DNA from: an uncultured Gemmatimonadales bacterium
Lineage (GTDB): Bacteria; Gemmatimonadota; Gemmatimonadetes; Longimicrobiales; Gaopeijiaceae
Direction: 5' to 3'
DNA: 64,000 nucleotides
Assembly (NCBI GenBank): GCA_963823035.1
Contig: CAWGKG010000014.1
Span: 256,001 to 320,000, forward strand
Shown here one piece after another: positions 53,634 to 63,943 of the stretch; position 1 is the stretch's first letter; the number at the start of each line of letters is the position of its first letter. Below the pieces are notes generated by a model. The model was not told the DNA's origin. It saw nothing but the letters and a program-made list of their open reading frames with translations, and searched no databases. The position numbers and the translations under genes are program-made.

Positions 53634-56085
53634 TCATTCCTCGCGGAGGACGCGGACCGGCGAGGTGCGCGCCGCGCGGAGGGCCGGCACGAGCGCGGCC
53701 ACGATCGCGACCGACAGCAGCAGCGCGATCCCCGCCCCGTACACCCCGACGTCCCACCTGCGCACGTCGAAGAGAAAGGCGCCGAGCGCGCGGCCCGCGA
53801 GCGCGGCGCCGACGATGCCGACCCCCAGGCCCACGGCCGAGAGCGCCACGGCGCGGCGCAGCACCATGGCGACCACGTCCCGCGGCGAAGCCCCCACGGC
53901 CATGCGCACGCCGATCTCCGGGGCGCGCCGCGCCACCGCGAGGGAGAGGACGCCGAAGATGCCGAGGGCGGCCAGGAGGACGGCCACGACCGCGAAGAGC
54001 GTGGTGGTGGCGCCGAGCGTGCGGCTCGGGGCGAGCTCGTCGTCGACGTATCCGGAGAGCGGACGCAGGTCCGCGAGCGGGATGTCGTTGCGCAGCTCCG
54101 CGACGGAGCGGCGCAGCAGCGCCGGGACGCGCCGTCGCGCCCGCGCCCGGCCTTCGCCAGCACGCGTGAGCGAGACGCCGGAGGCACGGTAGGCCTGGCG
54201 CACCGGAACGTACGCCTCGACCCGCGATGCGGCGGTCAGCTCGTAGTGCCGCACGTTCGGCACCACGCCCACCACCGTGCGCCACACCACCTCGTCCGGA
54301 GCGTCCGGGTCGTCGTCGCTCCCGACCGGCTCCATGAGCGTCAGGCGTCGTCCGACCGGATCCTCCCCCGGCCAGAAGCGCTCGGCCATCGTGGCGTCGA
54401 TCACCACCGAGGGCGGCGCGTCCTGCACGTCGGCGGGCGTGAAGGCCCGCCCGCGCTGGAGCGGGATGCCCATGACGTCGAAGTACCCGCTCCGAGACGA
54501 CGTTGAAGAGCACGGACGGTGCCGCGTCCGGATCGAAGAGGCACGCCCTCGGGGATCACGCGCCGCTCCCACGACCGTCCCGAGAGCGGCGCGAGGAGGG
54601 CGAGGGCCGCCTTCTCCACCTCGGGCGCCGCTTCCACGCGCCCCAGGAGGTCGTCGTAGAAGGCGAGCCAGGCGTCGCGCGACGCGAAGGCACCACGGGG
54701 CTGCGCCAGGCGGGCGGCCACCACGCCCTCGGCGCGGAAGCCCTTGTCCACCGTCGCCAGGTTGCGCACGCTGCGCAGGAGCAGGCCGGCGCCGACCAGG
54801 AGCACGAGGGAGAGCGCGACCTGGGCGACCACCAGTCCGTCCCGGAGACTGCGGCCCTCCCGCCCGCCCGTGGCGCGCTTCCCGTGGCGGAGCGCGTCGG
54901 TTCGTGCCGCGCGCATCGCCGGAAACAGCGCGAAGAGCGCGCCCGAGATCGCCGTGACCGTCAGCGCGAACGCCAGCACCAGGCGCGTCGACGCCGATGC
55001 CTCCGGCCACCACCTTCGGGATCTCGAGGGGCAGCAGGCGCGGCAGCACGCCGGACGCGAGGGCGGCGAGCGCCACGCCGGCGCCGCCGCCGACCGCGGT
55101 CAGCCAGAAGCTCTCCGCCAGCAGGAGGCCGACCACGTCGCGCCGCCCCGCGCCCAGGGCCCTCCGAACGGCCAGCTCGGTGCCCCGCGCCTCGCCGCGC
55201 GCCAACGTCAGGTTGGCCACGTTCGCCCCGGCCACCAGCAACACGAAGCCCACGGCCCCCATGAGGAGCCAGAGCCCGCGCGCGACGCCGCCGAGCATGC
55301 TCTCCTTCAGGGGGATCACCCCGGCGGTCACCACCGCCTTCCCCTCCAGCGCGTCGACCTCGTCGGTCACGCGCTTCATGTCCTCCTGGGCCGCCTCGAC
55401 CGAGACGCCCGGCGCCAGGCGCGCCAGCGCCGCAGCGCCGAAGGAGCTGCCCCGCACGTCCCACGGAAGGCTCTCCGCCAGCACGCCCATCGGCACGTAG
55501 ACCTCGACGTCGGGACGCGGATAGCCCGCCCCCGCCGGGCAGCACGCCCACGATCGTGTAGGGCCGCTCGTCCAGCACGAGCGCCCGCCCCACCACGGAG
55601 GGGTCCGCACCGAAGGCGCGCACCCAGAAGCCGTGCCCCAGGACGGCCACGGGCGCCGCGCCCGGCCCCGTGTCCTCCCCGGGATCAGGCGCCCCAGCTC
55701 GGCGTCGAGGCCCAGCGTGCCGAAGAAGTCGCCGAGCACCACGCGCGCGTCCACCCGCTCGGCGCCCTCCGGCGTCGGGCGCACGAAGCTCCACCCGGCC
55801 GAGGCGCCCGAAGCGGTCGAACACACGGTTCCGCTCGGACCAGTCCCGGTAGTTCGGCACGGAGAGCGAGATGCCGTAGCCGGTGGTGGCGCTCGTGGCC
55901 TCCACCGCCACGATGCGATCGGCCTCCCGTAAGGGAGCGCGCGGAGCAGCGTGCCCGGAGACGAGGGAGAAGATCGCCGTCGCGCCCCCGATCCCGACGG
56001 CCAGGGTGGCCACGACCAGGAGGGTGTACCCGGGACGGTGCAGGAGGCTCTTCGCGCTCGCGCGCAGCTTCGGCAGGAGGTCCAT
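53634..56085 (-). CDS. ADOP-type duplicated MacB/FtsX ABC permease (multiple frameshifts)
   Basis: PGYTLLVVATLAVGIGGATAIFS, ANVANL.LAR...R..ELAVRRALGA, VVAQVALSLVLLVGAGLL, EIGVRMAVGA, PALRAARTSP. Confidence 0.88.
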
Positions 56086-56165
56086 GGCGCTCGTGGAGGC
56101 GGGAGGCAGGCGTCACGAGCTTGGACGCCGCCCCGAGCCCGAAGGTTCGAGCGGCCCGTCCGAGC

Positions 56166-56450
56166 TCAGCGCGGATCGGCCTCCGCGCGGCCCGCCAGCA
56201 GCTTGCGGTCGAACTCCTGCGCCCGCTCCATGCGCGCGATCTGATCGGAGAGCGCCTCCACCTGCGCGGAGAGGTCCCGTAGCCGCGCCTGCTCCTCGGC
56301 GGAGCCCGAGAACCCCGACTCACGGAGCGCCTTCGCCAGGGTCTCGACGAGCGGCTTGAGGGCGAAGCGCGCGGTGAGGATGAGCGTGAGGCCGGCGACC
56401 GGGATCATCACCAGCAGGATGCCCAGGATCGGGATCATGACGTCGTCCAC
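56166..56450 (-). CDS. Small membrane-anchored coiled-coil hypothetical protein
   Basis: N-terminal TM helix then L...VEAL..QIARMERAQEFDRKLL; GAAGGGG RBS. Confidence 0.7.
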   Translation of the reverse strand: MDDVMIPILGILLVMIPVAGLTLILTARFALKPLVETLAKALRESGFSGSAEEQARLRDLSAQVEALSDQIARMERAQEFDRKLLAGRAEADPR

Positions 56451-56520
56451 GTGCGTCCCCTTCGGGTCGGGGTGGGGTCCGTGCTCCGCTCGTCTCTACG
56501 TCGGGGCCCCCGCGCCGGGT

Positions 56521-58053
56521 TCAGCGTCCCGCCATGATCCGCTCGATGTCGTCGACCGACTTGGGCGCGCGGGCCGACAGGTTCTCGTGGCCCTCCGGCG
56601 TGACCAGGATCATGTCCTCGATCATGATCGCCAGGTCGAGCTCGGGCGCGTACAGCTTGGGCTCCACGGTGAAGACCATCCCCGGCTCGAGGGGCGTCGA
56701 GTAGTCGCGGCCGTCCGTCGCCTCCAGGCCGATGTGATGGCCGATGTCGCGCACCCCCAGCCCACCCAGCGCCGTGTAGCGCGTGAGTCCGCCGCCGCGC
56801 GCCAGGTAGTGCGTGGGAGAGGGCATCACGCCCCACACCCTATCCGCCCCGCCCATCGCGTCGATGTCCTCCTTCGCCTCCAGGCCGTGGCTGCCGGTAG
56901 ACCTCCGCGGCCGCGCGGATGACGTCGAGGATCGTCACGCCCGGGCGCACCGCGGCGATGGCGGCCTCCTGCGCCTCGAGCACGATCTCGTAGATGCGCC
57001 GCTGCTCGTCCGTGAAGCGCCCGGAGACGGGAAAGGTGCGGCACAGGTCGGAGGTGTACATCGCCCACTCGGCCGCGCCGTAGTCGATGAAGACCAGGTC
57101 GCCGTCCTGCATGACGCGGCTCACGGAGTTGTAGTTCTCCGAGCGGATCGTGAAGAGCGACACCGCGTCCGGGCCCGACGCCACGATCGGCGTGAACGAC
57201 GCGCGCGGCGATCCCTCGCGCTTCCACGTCCACTCCATGATGCCGGCGACCTCGAGGTCGTTCATCCCCGGGCGGATGCGGCGCATCGCCTCCAGGAGCC
57301 CGTCGGCGCTGATCTCGGCGGCCCGGCGCAGCGCGTCGATCTCCCACCGGTCCTTGACGACGCGCATCCGCTCGACGGCGGGCCCCGCGTCCGCGAGCGA
57401 GCGTCCGGGCAGGAGCGCCGCCACCGAGGCCTGGAGCTGCTGACGCACGCTGCGCGGGGCGTCGAGCCCGGGCGGCGCGTACAGCGCCTCACCATCCTCG
57501 AGGAACCAGACCGTGTCGGCGCCGGCGACCAGCGCCGGCAGGCGGTCGGCGAAGTCGTCCAACGGGTACGTCTCGGCGATGCCGGTAGCCTCCTCCGCGT
57601 CTCGGCCGGGAGACAGACGGCGGATCATCCGGTTCCAGGCGGCGTCCTTCAGGCGCGGGTCCTGGTAGGGATACTGGGCACCGGCGAACTCCCGCGGCCC
57701 GGGGAGGAAGAGCACCTCTCTCACCCCGCCCCGCCGTCGGGCGCCATCACGAGGATCGCGTAGGGCGACTCGACCCCGGTGAGGTAGAAGAAGTTCGGAT
57801 CCTGCTTCTTCACGCCCTCGTGGCGGATCATGTACTCGCCCGGGATCACGACGGGGCCCTGGAGCTTCTCCATGAGTCGCGCGCGCCGCCCCGCATAGAC
57901 CTCCGGGGGGAACGCCACGTCCGATTGGATCACCGCGGAGGACGCGGAGGGCGCGGAGGAGAGGAGGAGAGCGACCGCCAGCAGGCCATGAGCGGCTCCA
58001 GCCAGCGCGCTGCCCCCAGCGCCCACCCGTCGGCGTCGGAGGGGTTCCCTCAT
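56521..58053 (-). CDS. Xaa-Pro aminopeptidase (M24B), with signal peptide (frameshifts near 57725 and 56895)
   Basis: YAGRRARL, QDPNFFYLTG, RVVKD..EI, FIDYG, YTSD, GHHIG, FTVEP, IED. Confidence 0.88.
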
Positions 58054-58487
58054 CCGTCGATGGCCACGTAGAGGTCGTGCGCCTTCTCGGTGAAGCCCCG
58101 CGTGTATCCCGTGTCGAGCTTGAAGTCCTTCGCTCGTATCCCCTCGGCCTTCGCCCACGCGTGCATCGCGACGAAGGAGTCGGCGATACTGGCGAGGGAT
58201 CCCTCGTGGCGGTGGTGGAGGTAGGCCCGCGCGGGGATCTCCAACCACGTCATCCCGTCGGGAACCGCGGCGGCGCGCGCCACCTCCGCTCCGACGATCC
58301 GCCGATGGAGGCCGTCGACCACGTCGACCGAGACCTCCAGGTAGGTGCTCCCCGAACGATGGGCGATCTCGGCGGCGCGGCTGAACAACAGGTCCCACGC
58401 GCGCGGGATCTCCCGCCACAGGCCGCGCAGGGAGGTACGCACCTCGAGCCCGACCACGATCATCGCGCCGAGCTCGACGATGTCCAC
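58050..58487 (-). CDS. GyrI-like small-molecule/effector-binding domain protein
   Basis: IVVGL, EIPRAW, VPDGM...EIPA..Y....H.G, DLYVAI; overlaps or abuts both neighbours. Confidence 0.78.
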   Translation of the reverse strand: MDIVELGAMIVVGLEVRTSLRGLWREIPRAWDLLFSRAAEIAHRSGSTYLEVSVDVVDGLHRRIVGAEVARAAAVPDGMTWLEIPARAYLHHRHEGSLASIADSFVAMHAWAKAEGIRAKDFKLDTGYTRGFTEKAHDLYVAIDG

Positions 58488-58488
58488 G

Positions 58489-59915
58489 TCAGCTCACCGG
58501 CCTGCGGCGCACGGCCCGCCCGGGGCGCTCGGACTCGACCACGCTACCGTCCCGCACCACCACCACGCCCCCGACGAGCACCTAGGGGATTCCGGCCGAC
58601 GGCTGCGCGGGCTCCGCGAAGGTGGCGCGGTCCAGCACGGTGGCCGGATCGAAGAGCGTGAGGTCCGCGTCCGCGCCCACCGCCACCCGCCCCTTGCGGC
58701 GCATCTCCGGGAGCGCCGGCTCGAGACGGCGCGCCGGCATGAGCGTCATCTTCCGGAGCGCGTCCATGAGCGTGAGCGTCCCCTCCTCGCGGACGTAGCG
58801 GCCGAGCACCCGCGCGAAGGTCCCCGCGCCGCGCGGGTGCGCCCGCCCGTCCACGAAGGGCGTGCCGTCGGACGCGATCATGACGGCGGGTGCGATGGCG
58901 TACTCCATCTCCTCGCGCGGGATGACGTGCGCGATGATCGGCCCACCCTCTTCGCGGCGCCGGCGAAGCTCGCCGAGTCGAGCCGCTCGCCGGTGGCCAC
59001 CCACTCGATGTCCCCGTAGTCGCCGCCGAGGCGCTCGCGCCACCCGGGGTCGAAGATCGCGGACTGGATGCCGGTGGACGCCGCCGTGTAGGGATAGATC
59101 TCGGTCGTCACGTCGATGCCGGCGGCCTGGGCCTCGGCGATCATGTCGAGGAGCACGGGAACCTGCTTCAGCCCGCTCGAGCCGATGTGGACGATGTGCA
59201 CCGACCCGCCCGAGCCGGCGGCGTCGGCGATCATCTCCTGCACGGCGGAGATGCTGCTCTCCGGCTCGACCAGCCCCGCGTAGCGGATGTGCACGAAGTT
59301 CGTCACGCCCCACTTCGCGGACGTCTGGAAGAGCCGGAAGATCTCCGTACGCGTGGCCCCGGGCGTGTACTGGATCCCCATGCCAACGCCGAGCGCGCCC
59401 TGCGACAGTCCCTCCTCGACGAGCTCCTGCATGCGGCGGACCTGCTCCGGCGTCGCGGCGTCGTAGACCGCGGCCCGCTCGTCCTCGCCCATCGCCTGGT
59501 AGCGCACGGCGACCTGCGACACCGTCGCGCCGTAGTTGATGCGCCAGCCACGGGAGCGCTCCGCGTACCACGCGCCCACCGGGAAGGCACCCCCCTCCAG
59601 CTCGAGCGCCGTGGTGACGCCGTCGCGTACCTGCAGGTCAGCGCTGAAGGGATCCTGCCCGTGCGCGTGCAGGTCGATGAAGCCGGGCGCCACCACGAGC
59701 CCTCGGGCGTCGATGACCTCCCGCCCCTCCAGGGGACCGCGCGTGATGGCCACGACCCGTCCCTCGCGGATGCCCACGTCGCGGACCGCGTCCAGCCCCG
59801 ATTCCGGGTCCATCACGCGACCGCCGCGCAGGACGAGGTCGTACGTCTGCGCCGTGAGCGACGTCGGTGCGAGCAAGGCTGCCGTAAGGAGGACGCGGAG
59901 CGCGCCGGCCGTCAT
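58489..59915 (-). CDS. D-aminoacylase / D-glutamate deacylase-like amidohydrolase, exported (frameshift near 58950; in-frame TAG at 58584-58582)
   Basis: YDLVLRGGRVMDPES, VAPGFIDLHAH, VHIVHI, EIYPY, IASDG, HPRGAGTF, KMTLMPA, GADAD; frame continues past TAG as VLVGGVVVVRDG...PGRAVRR. Confidence 0.88.
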
Positions 59916-60040
59916 GAACCCCTCCCGTGCGAGTGCAGTGGACCCGCTATTAGGCGCCCGAGGAGGGTTCTCCCGCAAGGTCGGCGGCCCGGCCCCCGGC
60001 GACCGGTGGCGAAGCGGAGCCCACTTCGCGATGGTTCGGC

Positions 60041-60545
60041 ATGCTCCCGACAGGCTTCCTCCCCGTGACCGAGCACGCTCGTCCTGGCCCTCCTTCTCCC
60101 GACGTCCCTCTCGGGTCAGGCGGGCCCGACCGCGGTGGGCGCGCTGCTCGGGACGGCCGGTGGGGCCTACCTCTCCCTCGCGCTCACGACGGCGGCCGCC
60201 CGCGCGGGGCACTACGCCCACTCCCCCGGGCAGGCGATCTGGCTCCTGACGCCGGTCCCCGTGGGCGCGGTGGCGGGCGGCATCGTGGGCCATCAGGGGG
60301 AGGCGCACCTGCGCGACGCCGCGCGTGTCGGCCTCGTGGGGTTCGCCGCGGGAGCCGCGGTGGGCGCCGTGCTCGGCGACCTCGCATGGGACCGGCCCGA
60401 GGGCGCCTGGTCGGGCGCGCTCATCGGCAGCGGCGTGGGTTTGCTGGTGGGGAGCGTATGGGGGGCCCTGCTTCGCGGCGGCGACTCGCGCCAGGACGCG
60501 CCGACCCTTCCCTCCTTCACCCTGGCCATCCCGTTCGGACCATGA
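60041..60545 (+). CDS. Glycine-rich (glycine-zipper-like) exported/membrane hypothetical protein (frameshift near 60068)
   Basis: TLVLALLLPTSLSGQA signal-like segment; repeated G..AG...G..G motifs; stop overlaps the next ATG. Confidence 0.55.
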
Positions 60546-61687
60546 AGCGGAACCTCTTCGTCCTCGCCGCCCTCCTGAGCGCCTGCACGCGCCAGGCCTA
60601 CGTCCCGCGTCAGACGCAGACGCTCCCCGAGCCCAACGTCGCGGACGTGGCCGCCGTCCTCTTCCTGGTCGGAGACGCGGGCGCCGCGAGCGTGGACGCT
60701 TCTCCCCTTCTCCACCGTCTGCGTCGGGACGTGGAGCAGTGGAGCGACGCGCTCGCCGCGGACTCCGCCGTCACCGTGCTCTTCCTGGGCGACAACGTCT
60801 ACCCCGAGGGCGTGCGCGATCCGGACAGCGACGACTTCGCGCAAGACACGGCCCGTCTCTCGGCGCAGGCCTGGACGGTGGACGGCCCCAAGGCCCTCGC
60901 CCATGGCACGCGCGCCATCTTCCTGCCCGGGAACCACGACTGGGGCAACCTCACCGGACCCCCCGGGGAGCAGCGGCTGAGGAACGAGGAAGACGTGCTC
61001 GCGTCGTGGGCGGCGGACGGTCGTCGCGTGTCCCTGCGGCCGCGAGCCGGGTCACCCGGGCCGGTCACCGTCCAGGTGGGGCCCGCCACCGTGGTCTTGC
61101 TGGACACCGAGTGGTGGCTCCAGGCGGACGACACGACGGCGAAGGCCGCCGTGATCGATTCGCTCGAGGCCGTGCTCTGGGGAGCGCGCGGGAATCCGAC
61201 CGTGCTGGCCGCCCACCACCCCCTCGTTTCCGCCGGTCCTCACGGGGAGCGCGGGTGGGCCAGCCCGCAGGGACTGCTGTCGAAGGCGGGCGCGCTCGTC
61301 CAGGACCTCAACTCCGCGCCCTACGAGGCGCTGCGCACGGAGCTCGCGCGCGCGTTCCGCGAAAGCGAGCGGCCCCTGGCCTACGCGGCGGGCCACGACC
61401 ACACCCTGCAGGTCCTGCACACGGCGGGCCCGGGTCAGCCGGGTTGGACGCTGGTGAGCGGCGCGGGGAGCAAGCTCGAGAGCGTCTCGGAGATCGACGA
61501 CCTCCAGTGGGCGGCGGCGGAACCCGGCTTCATGCGCCTCGTCTTCCTGCGCGACGGCGGCGTGCAGCTCTTCGTGGAGGCCGCTCCCGCGTCGACGCTG
61601 GAGTGCTCGCGGCGCTCCAGCCGGGAGGCGTGCATGGCGGACGCGCTCGCGGCCTACCGTACGGTGCACGCCGAGCGGCTGCGTTAG
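60542..61687 (+). CDS. Calcineurin-like metallophosphoesterase lipoprotein
   Basis: MKRNLFVLAALLSAC lipobox; VGDAG, LGDNVY, PGNHDW, AHHP, AGHDH, SGAGS. Confidence 0.9.
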   Translation: MKRNLFVLAALLSACTRQAYVPRQTQTLPEPNVADVAAVLFLVGDAGAASVDASPLLHRLRRDVEQWSDALAADSAVTVLFLGDNVYPEGVRDPDSDDFAQDTARLSAQAWTVDGPKALAHGTRAIFLPGNHDWGNLTGPPGEQRLRNEEDVLASWAADGRRVSLRPRAGSPGPVTVQVGPATVVLLDTEWWLQADDTTAKAAVIDSLEAVLWGARGNPTVLAAHHPLVSAGPHGERGWASPQGLLSKAGALVQDLNSAPYEALRTELARAFRESERPLAYAAGHDHTLQVLHTAGPGQPGWTLVSGAGSKLESVSEIDDLQWAAAEPGFMRLVFLRDGGVQLFVEAAPASTLECSRRSSREACMADALAAYRTVHAERLR

Positions 61688-63080
61688 AGCGGACGCTTCA
61701 GCCGGAGTCCCTTGATCTTCCGGTGGAGGGTGCGGTCGGAGATCCCGAGCAACCCGGCGGCCTGGCCCTGGTGCCACGCCGTCCGCTCGAGCGCCTCCTC
61801 GATCGCGAGGCGCTCCAGATCCTCGAGGCGTAGCGAGGGGAGCGCCGTCCCGCCGTCTCCCTGCCCTTCCACCGTGACCGGTCCGGCCGCGACCGTGGCG
61901 CCCAGGTCGATCGACCGGATCACGCGGTCGCTGGCTGAGGAGCGCGGCGCGCTCGACCACGTTGCGCAGCTCACGCACGTTGCCCGGCCACGGATACGCC
62001 TCCATCGCCGACACGGCCTCCGGTGCGATCGTCCATGACCCGGTATCGCCCGGGCGGACCTCGTCGAGGAAGTGGCGGGCCAGCAGGAGGATGTCGTCCG
62101 GCCGCTCCCGCAGGGGTGGCAGCTCGAGGACGATGGCGTTGATGCGGTAGAAGAGATCGCCCCGGAACGCGCCCTCCTCGACCAGCTCCGGCAGGTGACG
62201 GTTCGTGGCCGACACCAGACGGAAGTTCGTCGGGATCTCCTTCACGCCGCCGACGCGCCGGAAGGTGCGCGTCTCGAGCGCGCGCAGCAGCTTCGCCTGG
62301 AGGGGCTTCTCCAGGTCTCCGATCTCGTCCAGGAAGAGCGTGCCGCCGTCGGCCAGCTCGATCAGACCGATCTTGCGCGCGGCCGCGCCGGTGAACGAGC
62401 CCTTCTCGTGGCCGAACAGCTCCGACTCCGCCAACGCCTCCGACACCGCCGCGCAGTTGAGCGCCACCAGAGGCTCGGCGTGACGCCCGGAGCGGCGGTG
62501 CAGCTCCCGCGCGATCAGCTCCTTTCCCGTCCCCGACTCGCCGGTCACCAGCACCGAGACATCGGAGGCGGCCACGCGCTCGACGAGCGCCAGGGCGCTC
62601 AGCATGCGTTCGTCTGCGGTCACCATGTGGACGCCGCCGGCGTCCCGGCTCGCCATCGCCTCCATGCGCTCGGACTTCGACTGGATGCGGCGGGCCTCCG
62701 CGGCCTTCCAGACCAGGGTGAGGAGGCGCTCCCGCTCGACCGGCTTCTCCACGAAATCGTAGGCACCGAGCTTCATGGCCCGGGTGGCCGTGGCCACCGT
62801 TCCGTGACCCGAGACGAAGATCACCTGGGGGCGCGCCGGGTCTCCCGCGATCGCCTTCCAGCACTTCGAGACCGTCGAGGCCCGGCATGCTCAGGTCGAG
62901 GAGGGCCACGTCGAAGACCTTCTCACGCAGCGCCGCGAGCGCGGAGCTGCCGTCCGGGACGGTGGTGACCTGATGCCGGGTCCCGTCGGCGCGCCGCAGA
63001 AGAGCCTCGATCAGGACCCGCTGGTCTTCGTCGTCGTCGGCTACGAGAACCGAGATGATCGGCTCGGAAGGCTGGGCCAT
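61684..63080 (-). CDS. Sigma-54-dependent response regulator (NtrC/AtoC family: receiver-AAA+-Fis HTH; frameshifts near 62855 and 61935)
   Basis: VADDD, LLDLSMPGLDG, GESGTGKE, ESELFGHEKGSFTGA, LFLDEI, WPGNVREL, AAGLLGISDRTLHRK. Confidence 0.93.
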
Positions 63081-63123
63081 GTCCGAAGCCTTGCAGGGCG
63101 AGGGGTCGGCCGCAAGCCGGGGG

Positions 63124-63159
63124 AAAAGATTTGGCCCTGCGGGCTGGGCCCGCAGGGCC
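63124..63159 (-). terminator. Intrinsic terminator-like hairpin
   Basis: GGCCCTGCGGGC-CCA-GCCCGCAGGGCC followed by AAATCTTTT on the minus strand. Confidence 0.6.
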
Positions 63160-63323
63160 GAGGGGCCACCCTGCCTGGGGGGGCGTGGCACCCTCTTCCT
63201 GCATCTGGCGGGGCTGCGGGACCCGGCCCTGGGGGGGATTCGCGTCGCTGTCCTGGCTTGGCGTCTTCTCACCTTCATCGGTGGAAGGAGCTCAGGCCCC
63301 GCAGCCCCATCGTCTCTTGTCGC
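63125..63323 (-). ncRNA. Candidate sigma-54-dependent structured small RNA (~200 nt)
   Basis: Starts at the predicted +1 of a consensus sigma-54 promoter; 11-bp closing stem (63308-63298 with 63220-63210), inner hairpin CTTCCACC-GATGAA-GGTGAGAAG, second hairpin 63194-63161, terminal 12-bp hairpin; no convincing ORF. Confidence 0.55.
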
Positions 63324-63333
63324 CCCTACAATG

Positions 63334-63349
63334 AGCAAGGCCGGTGCCA
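63334..63349 (-). promoter_or_regulatory. Sigma-54 (-24/-12) promoter
   Basis: Minus strand TGGCACCGGCCTTGCT matches TGGCAC-N5-TTGCW with exact GG-N10-GC spacing. Confidence 0.85.
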
Positions 63350-63366
63350 CCCCGGACGCGATTGTG

Positions 63367-63391
63367 TAACTCGTTCATATTCAAGAGATTA
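63367..63391. promoter_or_regulatory. Inverted pair of IHF-like sites
   Basis: ATTCAAGAGATTA (+, 63379-63391) and TATGAACGAGTTA (-, 63379-63367), each one mismatch from WATCAANNNNTTR, in the only AT-rich patch of the region. Confidence 0.6.
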
Positions 63392-63428
63392 CAAGAGAAG
63401 TTCACCACCGGCGCGTGACGCTCGGAAG

Positions 63429-63474
63429 GCGACATCCTGTCCGAATCGGACACGTTGGCCGGACAACCTGACCG
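63429..63474. promoter_or_regulatory. Three palindromic upstream activator sites (CGGACA-N3-TGTCCG-like)
   Basis: GCGACA-TCC-TGTCCG (63429-63443), CGGACA-CGT-TGGCCG (63447-63461), CGGACA-ACC-TGACCG (63460-63474), about 105-150 bp upstream of the predicted +1. Confidence 0.6.
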
Positions 63475-63580
63475 CCTGGCCGGCCGCTTCGACCGGGGGA
63501 CGTGAATCCGCGGTTGCGAATCCGGCGGTCGCGAAGCCTCGTAGAGGCATCAGGCACCCTCGCCAACCGAAGGACCCGAC

Positions 63581-63943
63581 ATGCGCAACTTCCTCATCCG
63601 GCTCGTCGTCAACGCGCTCGCGCTCTCGGCGGCGGCCTGGCTGGTTCCCGGCATCACGCTGACCGGAGGGCTCGGGAACGTGCTCCTGGTGGCCCTGGTC
63701 TTCGGGCTGGTCAACGCCCTCCTCAAGCCGATCGTCTTCCTGCTCTCGCTCCCGTTCGTGATCCTCACGCTGGGGCTGTTCGCCTTCGTCGTGAACGGCG
63801 TGATGCTGCTCGTCACGGCCGCCCTCACCGATCACCTCGCGGTGGCCGGTCTCGGGTCGGCCATCCTCGGGAGCATCGTGATCTCCCTGGTCACGATCCT
63901 CCTCGGCGGCGTGCTCGACGACGACAGGAAGAAGAAGGGGTAG
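63581..63943 (+). CDS. YvlD/DUF360 'phage holin family' 4-TM membrane protein
   Basis: LVVNALAL......PGI, ALVFGLVNALLKPI..LLSLP..ILTLGLF.FVVNG; GAAGGA RBS. Confidence 0.88.
   Translation: MRNFLIRLVVNALALSAAAWLVPGITLTGGLGNVLLVALVFGLVNALLKPIVFLLSLPFVILTLGLFAFVVNGVMLLVTAALTDHLAVAGLGSAILGSIVISLVTILLGGVLDDDRKKKG

Noticed and set aside
63186..63204. Plus-strand TGGCACCCTCTTCCTGCA as a second sigma-54 promoter
   Set aside because: GG-to-GC spacing is 12 nt rather than the required 10.
63081..63278. Upstream ORF extension MKVRRRQARTATRIP... as a leader peptide or longer regulator N-terminus
   Set aside because: Arg/Pro-rich non-coding-like composition, crosses three strong hairpins, and the receiver domain begins at MAQPSEP (63080).
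63581..63943. 'Phage holin' as a sign of a prophage
   Set aside because: YvlD/DUF360 proteins are common chromosomal membrane proteins, and no phage genes are nearby.
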